NCBI GenBank assembly: GCA_002633005.1
Contig: NMRA01000010.1
Coordinates: forward strand, 551,252-615,251
Length of the DNA: 64,000 nt
Origin: Phoronis australis
Lineage: Eukaryota; Animalia; Phoronida
Reading direction: 5' to 3'
Position 1 is the first letter of the stretch. Every line of letters begins with the position of its first letter. Shown here piece after piece: positions 60,201-64,000 of this stretch. Position numbers and translations under genes: made by a program. Under the pieces are notes generated by a model that was not told where the DNA came from, made no database searches, and saw only the letters and a program-made list of their open reading frames with translations.

Positions 60201-63200
60201 AAAGGATTCATCAGCTGAATTTTGGTCATGTACACAATGTGGAGGGAATTCTTCACAGAAAAAGGTCCTGAGAATGAACAAAGCAGGGATACTGGTACTT
60301 GAACTAGGCATGCATTTTGGCCAAGGTATGACCATTATACCACTCATTATAACAATGAAGCCCACTCCTACACTAAATTAAATGGCTGGTGAAATGTATT
60401 AATAACTTAGAAGTCTGGTTTAAATCAGGACTGTGTTCAGCCAGGGACAACTGAGATCGTGATTGGATTTTGTAGGCATTTCAGACTGTTCTTCCGATAA
60501 AATTAATTACATCTTTCAAAATCTCCAGAGATGACGACTTGGTATGAAGAAAAAATAGAATAGATATATGACCGCAGACAACTGTATGCAGATATGAAAA
60601 TTAAATTACCTTTTTAGCTTTGGCTAAGAGTGGATGAGAGCAATTAGTGAAGACAGGCAATGCAAATTCTACAATCATCAAGAGATCCAATTACAACACT
60701 ACACAATTCAATGCATATTCATGAACATTATTTCTAAGTATGGATAATCGAAAACGCTCAGCTAAAACCATCCATTCTACAATATATCAGCAACAAGTTT
60801 AATTCCTTTATTCAAATGGCGACATCAGCACTAAGCCATACGGATGTGTTAATGCATAGTAATTGTAAAGCTGTTTTCAATATCCCATTTAGAAGAATAC
60901 AATATAGACGACTAGAGTTTAGTTTGGGTCTTTTGTTTGTGACATTAGACTACATCACATCCAGAACATATGTTACTATTGCCCCAGGTTGTTAATAATT
61001 AATTAAGACAGAAGTACTCTCCCGTTGCCATACACCTAATAAGCACACAATGTGGTGTACATGTAAATTATTATTTGTAAAAAACCTCAAACAAAAATAA
61101 AAACCAGAAAACATAGTTGATTAGCTTAGTTTGCAATTTAGTAAAGTTTACATCATCAGCAGCACGGTAATCAGGCTTTGAAAACTAGAAAAATGACAAT
61201 TTTGGGAATTATTTTTCTGCGAAGTAAGCAAAAAAATAGCGGATTGTTCAGACAGCTTTGCTCTTACCATCAGACCAAAAACACCGGTGACCTGAATCGT
61301 TTAAACAACAGCTTGTTTCGCAATTACTCATAAAACTCAACAAAACAAAGGTAACATCGTAGTTCTTCATCCACACTGTTGCGCACATGCAAAACTTTTT
61401 TTTTGTCAACTTCTCCACAAAAATAAAGATTAAAAAATTTGTATCACAACTATCATAGTTGTACCGCCTTAATGTCATTGCTAAGTTTCCATTTTTTGCA
61501 GCAAGAAAATCACCCTTTGAAAAAAGAAAAATAGAAAATATGAGCAATTATTTTGTGCACAATAAGTGGAGAATTTATGGCATACTCTATCTTTAAGATA
61601 AAAGTTAAGGCATCCTTTCTTTGTCACAATACCACGGGTCACATTACAATTGTTGAAGAATCAAACAGGTATCTCGGAGGCAAATTTACGACACGAGACA
61701 AAATAGAAATTTAATGAAACTCCCTCCTTTATTCCATAAAGTGCGCATATTCCATAGAGTGCGCATGTCTGTAATAGTTTAAGATGCCATGACAACTCTG
61801 CACGAAATAAGTGAGAATAAAATTGTTTTCAACAGTCACAAACCTGGATTTAATGAAGCCCTTTATTTACAAAATTCAAGATGCATACATTAAATTTTAA
61901 ACTTGTATATGTTCGCACTTTATCAGTAACTAAACAGTATTAATTTCAAAAATGTGCTAATTGACCTCGGCCAAAAAGAATTATAGTACGAAAAAGTAAA
62001 CACAATTTGATAAATAAATAAAACGGGCCATTAGTAAAACATCTAACAAATTTGCTTTTGCAATCATTTTTGTGCTTAACACACGTTCCTATGATTGGCA
62101 CTTTGACAATAAAGACACATGAAACTTGAGATGTATCATATTGGATCCTGATAACAAAAAACCATTCACGTGCACAATGGAAGCAGAATAGAAACATGAT
62201 TTCCGCATTTGTTGTCCTGAAAATGGCGACAAAGAGACAAACGTTACTCTGCATCAGAGCAACACCGATGATAACCTGCCAGACACGACAGTGGTTTTAC
62301 AACAAGAGAGAAATACCAGCAGCTCTGCTATTTCATGCGACAATTCTGCTTGATCTTCTCCTCATTTTCACCTGAACAGGATACAGATAAAAACGAATTA
62401 CATGGTGCATTGTATATTTAAAGAAATCAAATACTGGTTAACTGTTGATACCTTCCATTTATTTTTTATTTTTGTCAATTTTTTGCAGGGCTGGACAAGT
62501 GACTGTTTATCGCGACTAGAATGTATAATCTGTAATAAAACGCCACGTCACTTTTGTCACTTTCAGGAAAATATTCCGAGACCATTTTAACAAATAACAA
62601 CACGAATTGATAATGAACATTTTTATGCTTTTTTGCTCAAACGATGCAACAGCAACCCACCAGACATGGACAAGTATCAAGGAAGCATGGATTGATTAAA
62701 ACAAATTCTAGTGAACTAGAAAACAATGAATCTTGACTTGAAATTATGCCATACTCCCCTCCCCCCCAGCAATGTCAAACTAAACACTGTAAAAAGCTAC
62801 TGCTCCACAATTAATGTTTGTTAAAAAATCACCGTGTGATTATCTGGAAGGTTGATGTACCACTATATATATCTATAGTTTAATGTATTGGACAGATTAA
62901 TTATTTACAAGAGGGTAATAAGTTGGACAAAAATAAAGTGGGTATGCATTTTAACTTTCAGGTTTAAATAATTTAAAAATGATTAATCAAGGTAAAGTAT
63001 ACAGACTGAAAGACTAGACCCTAGCTAATCACTATAGTGCCATACACACAGAGACTTACGCTAGAACAAGTTACGCTAGGAGCGAGTTGTCGCTAGGTTT
63101 GGAGGCTCTGTGGACGCTATTCAAACTAGCGCAACTTGCCCCACTTGTGACAACTTACTCCACCTTATCAAGGTGGGGTAACTGGTTCTAGGGTAACTTG

Positions 63201-63366
63201 CGCCACTTCTACAGCATTCTTTTGTGGCCGCAAAAAGTGGTGTAGGGCAGAATTAATTATCGCCCGTGGTTACAAACAGACCGGTTTTCTCTTGCGGGCC
63301 ATATTGGCATTAGGTGTTCATTGTCATGCACAGAGCCACAACTACTGCCTTACCCTAGTTATCGGA

Positions 63367-63416
63367 TGTGTGTGTGTGCGTGTGCGTGTGCGTGTGCATG
63401 TGTATGTGTGTGTGCA
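63367..63416. repeat. (TG)n/(CGTGTG)n microsatellite
   Basis: Seen directly. Confidence 0.9.
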
Positions 63417-63845
63417 CGCTCCACTTAAAACTGAAGTTGCACTTACGCAAGTTGCTCTAGGGAAGGCTGTGTGTGGATGGGACTTTTGATACTACTGACT
63501 GTGACTGAAACTAAAAGCACCTACCGGTACTTTAGATTGTTCATAAGTTTTTGGTAACACAACAAGTTTTATATTGACTACACAACAAAAACTATGAAGC
63601 ACGCAAGATTCCTTAAACAAGCAAATCTATTTTCACGAATTATTCATTCACAAATAATTCTCATTTCTAAGATAATCCCATCAGTAAAATTCTATTGAGC
63701 GGCTTACATATCGATAACATAACTTAAACCATCAAACCTATCGTCATTTCTTTATATCAATACCGGTTAGGGACTCAGATTGCTCAAACTTGGACTCAAC
63801 ACGAAAACATTTGGTCCTAAGTTATTAAAATTATCAAAAACTTAC

Positions 63846-64000
63846 CGAAAGTGGGTCTGGCATAACCATATAGGGCATAGGGTTGACTGTATTCACGGTA
63901 TTAAGTGGAACGTAAGTGACGGTGTACGGACTATACACCATAGGGTTGATGACTGCTGGGCTGCCCGTCAGCATTGTGGCAGGCGTTACTGGGCTGGCAG
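63846..64000 (-). CDS. Probable upstream (alternative) TIA1/TIAL1 exon, Pro/Tyr/Met/Val-rich, truncated by the window edge
   Basis: Open frame ASPVTPATMLTGSPAVINPMVYSPYTVTYVPLNTVNTVNPMPYMVMPDPLS ends at G|GTAAGT (63845) in phase 0, compatible with the 46253 acceptor; higher GC than flanks. Confidence 0.6.

Overview
AT-rich, intron-rich genomic DNA from a non-vertebrate-looking animal; it is not prokaryotic, and most six-frame ORFs are spurious or single exons. Three spliced genes were reconstructed by hand with GT-AG sites and consistent intron phases. (1) SEC23IP/DDHD-family phospholipase A1-like gene on the minus strand: 12 exons from ATG 11427, running off the left edge. (2) A complete MCMBP gene on the plus strand: 14 exons, 11712-30777, head-to-head with SEC23IP across 284 bp, with a U12-type minor intron and a duplicated exon 8 beside an assembly N. 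(3) A TIA1/TIAL1 RNA-binding protein gene on the minus strand, convergent with MCMBP; its 5' part lies beyond a ~17.6 kb intron and a non-RRM exon at the right edge splices in frame. Introns carry Penelope-like GIY-YIG remnants (one with a hammerhead-like motif), MITEs, SINE-like pieces, minisatellites and an array of CTCF-like motifs. The best candidates for undescribed biology are an inverted-repeat-flanked antisense exon nested in SEC23IP intron 1, an RRM1-replacing TIA1 exon, and a TIA1 poison-exon candidate. All coordinates were read manually and need RNA-seq confirmation.
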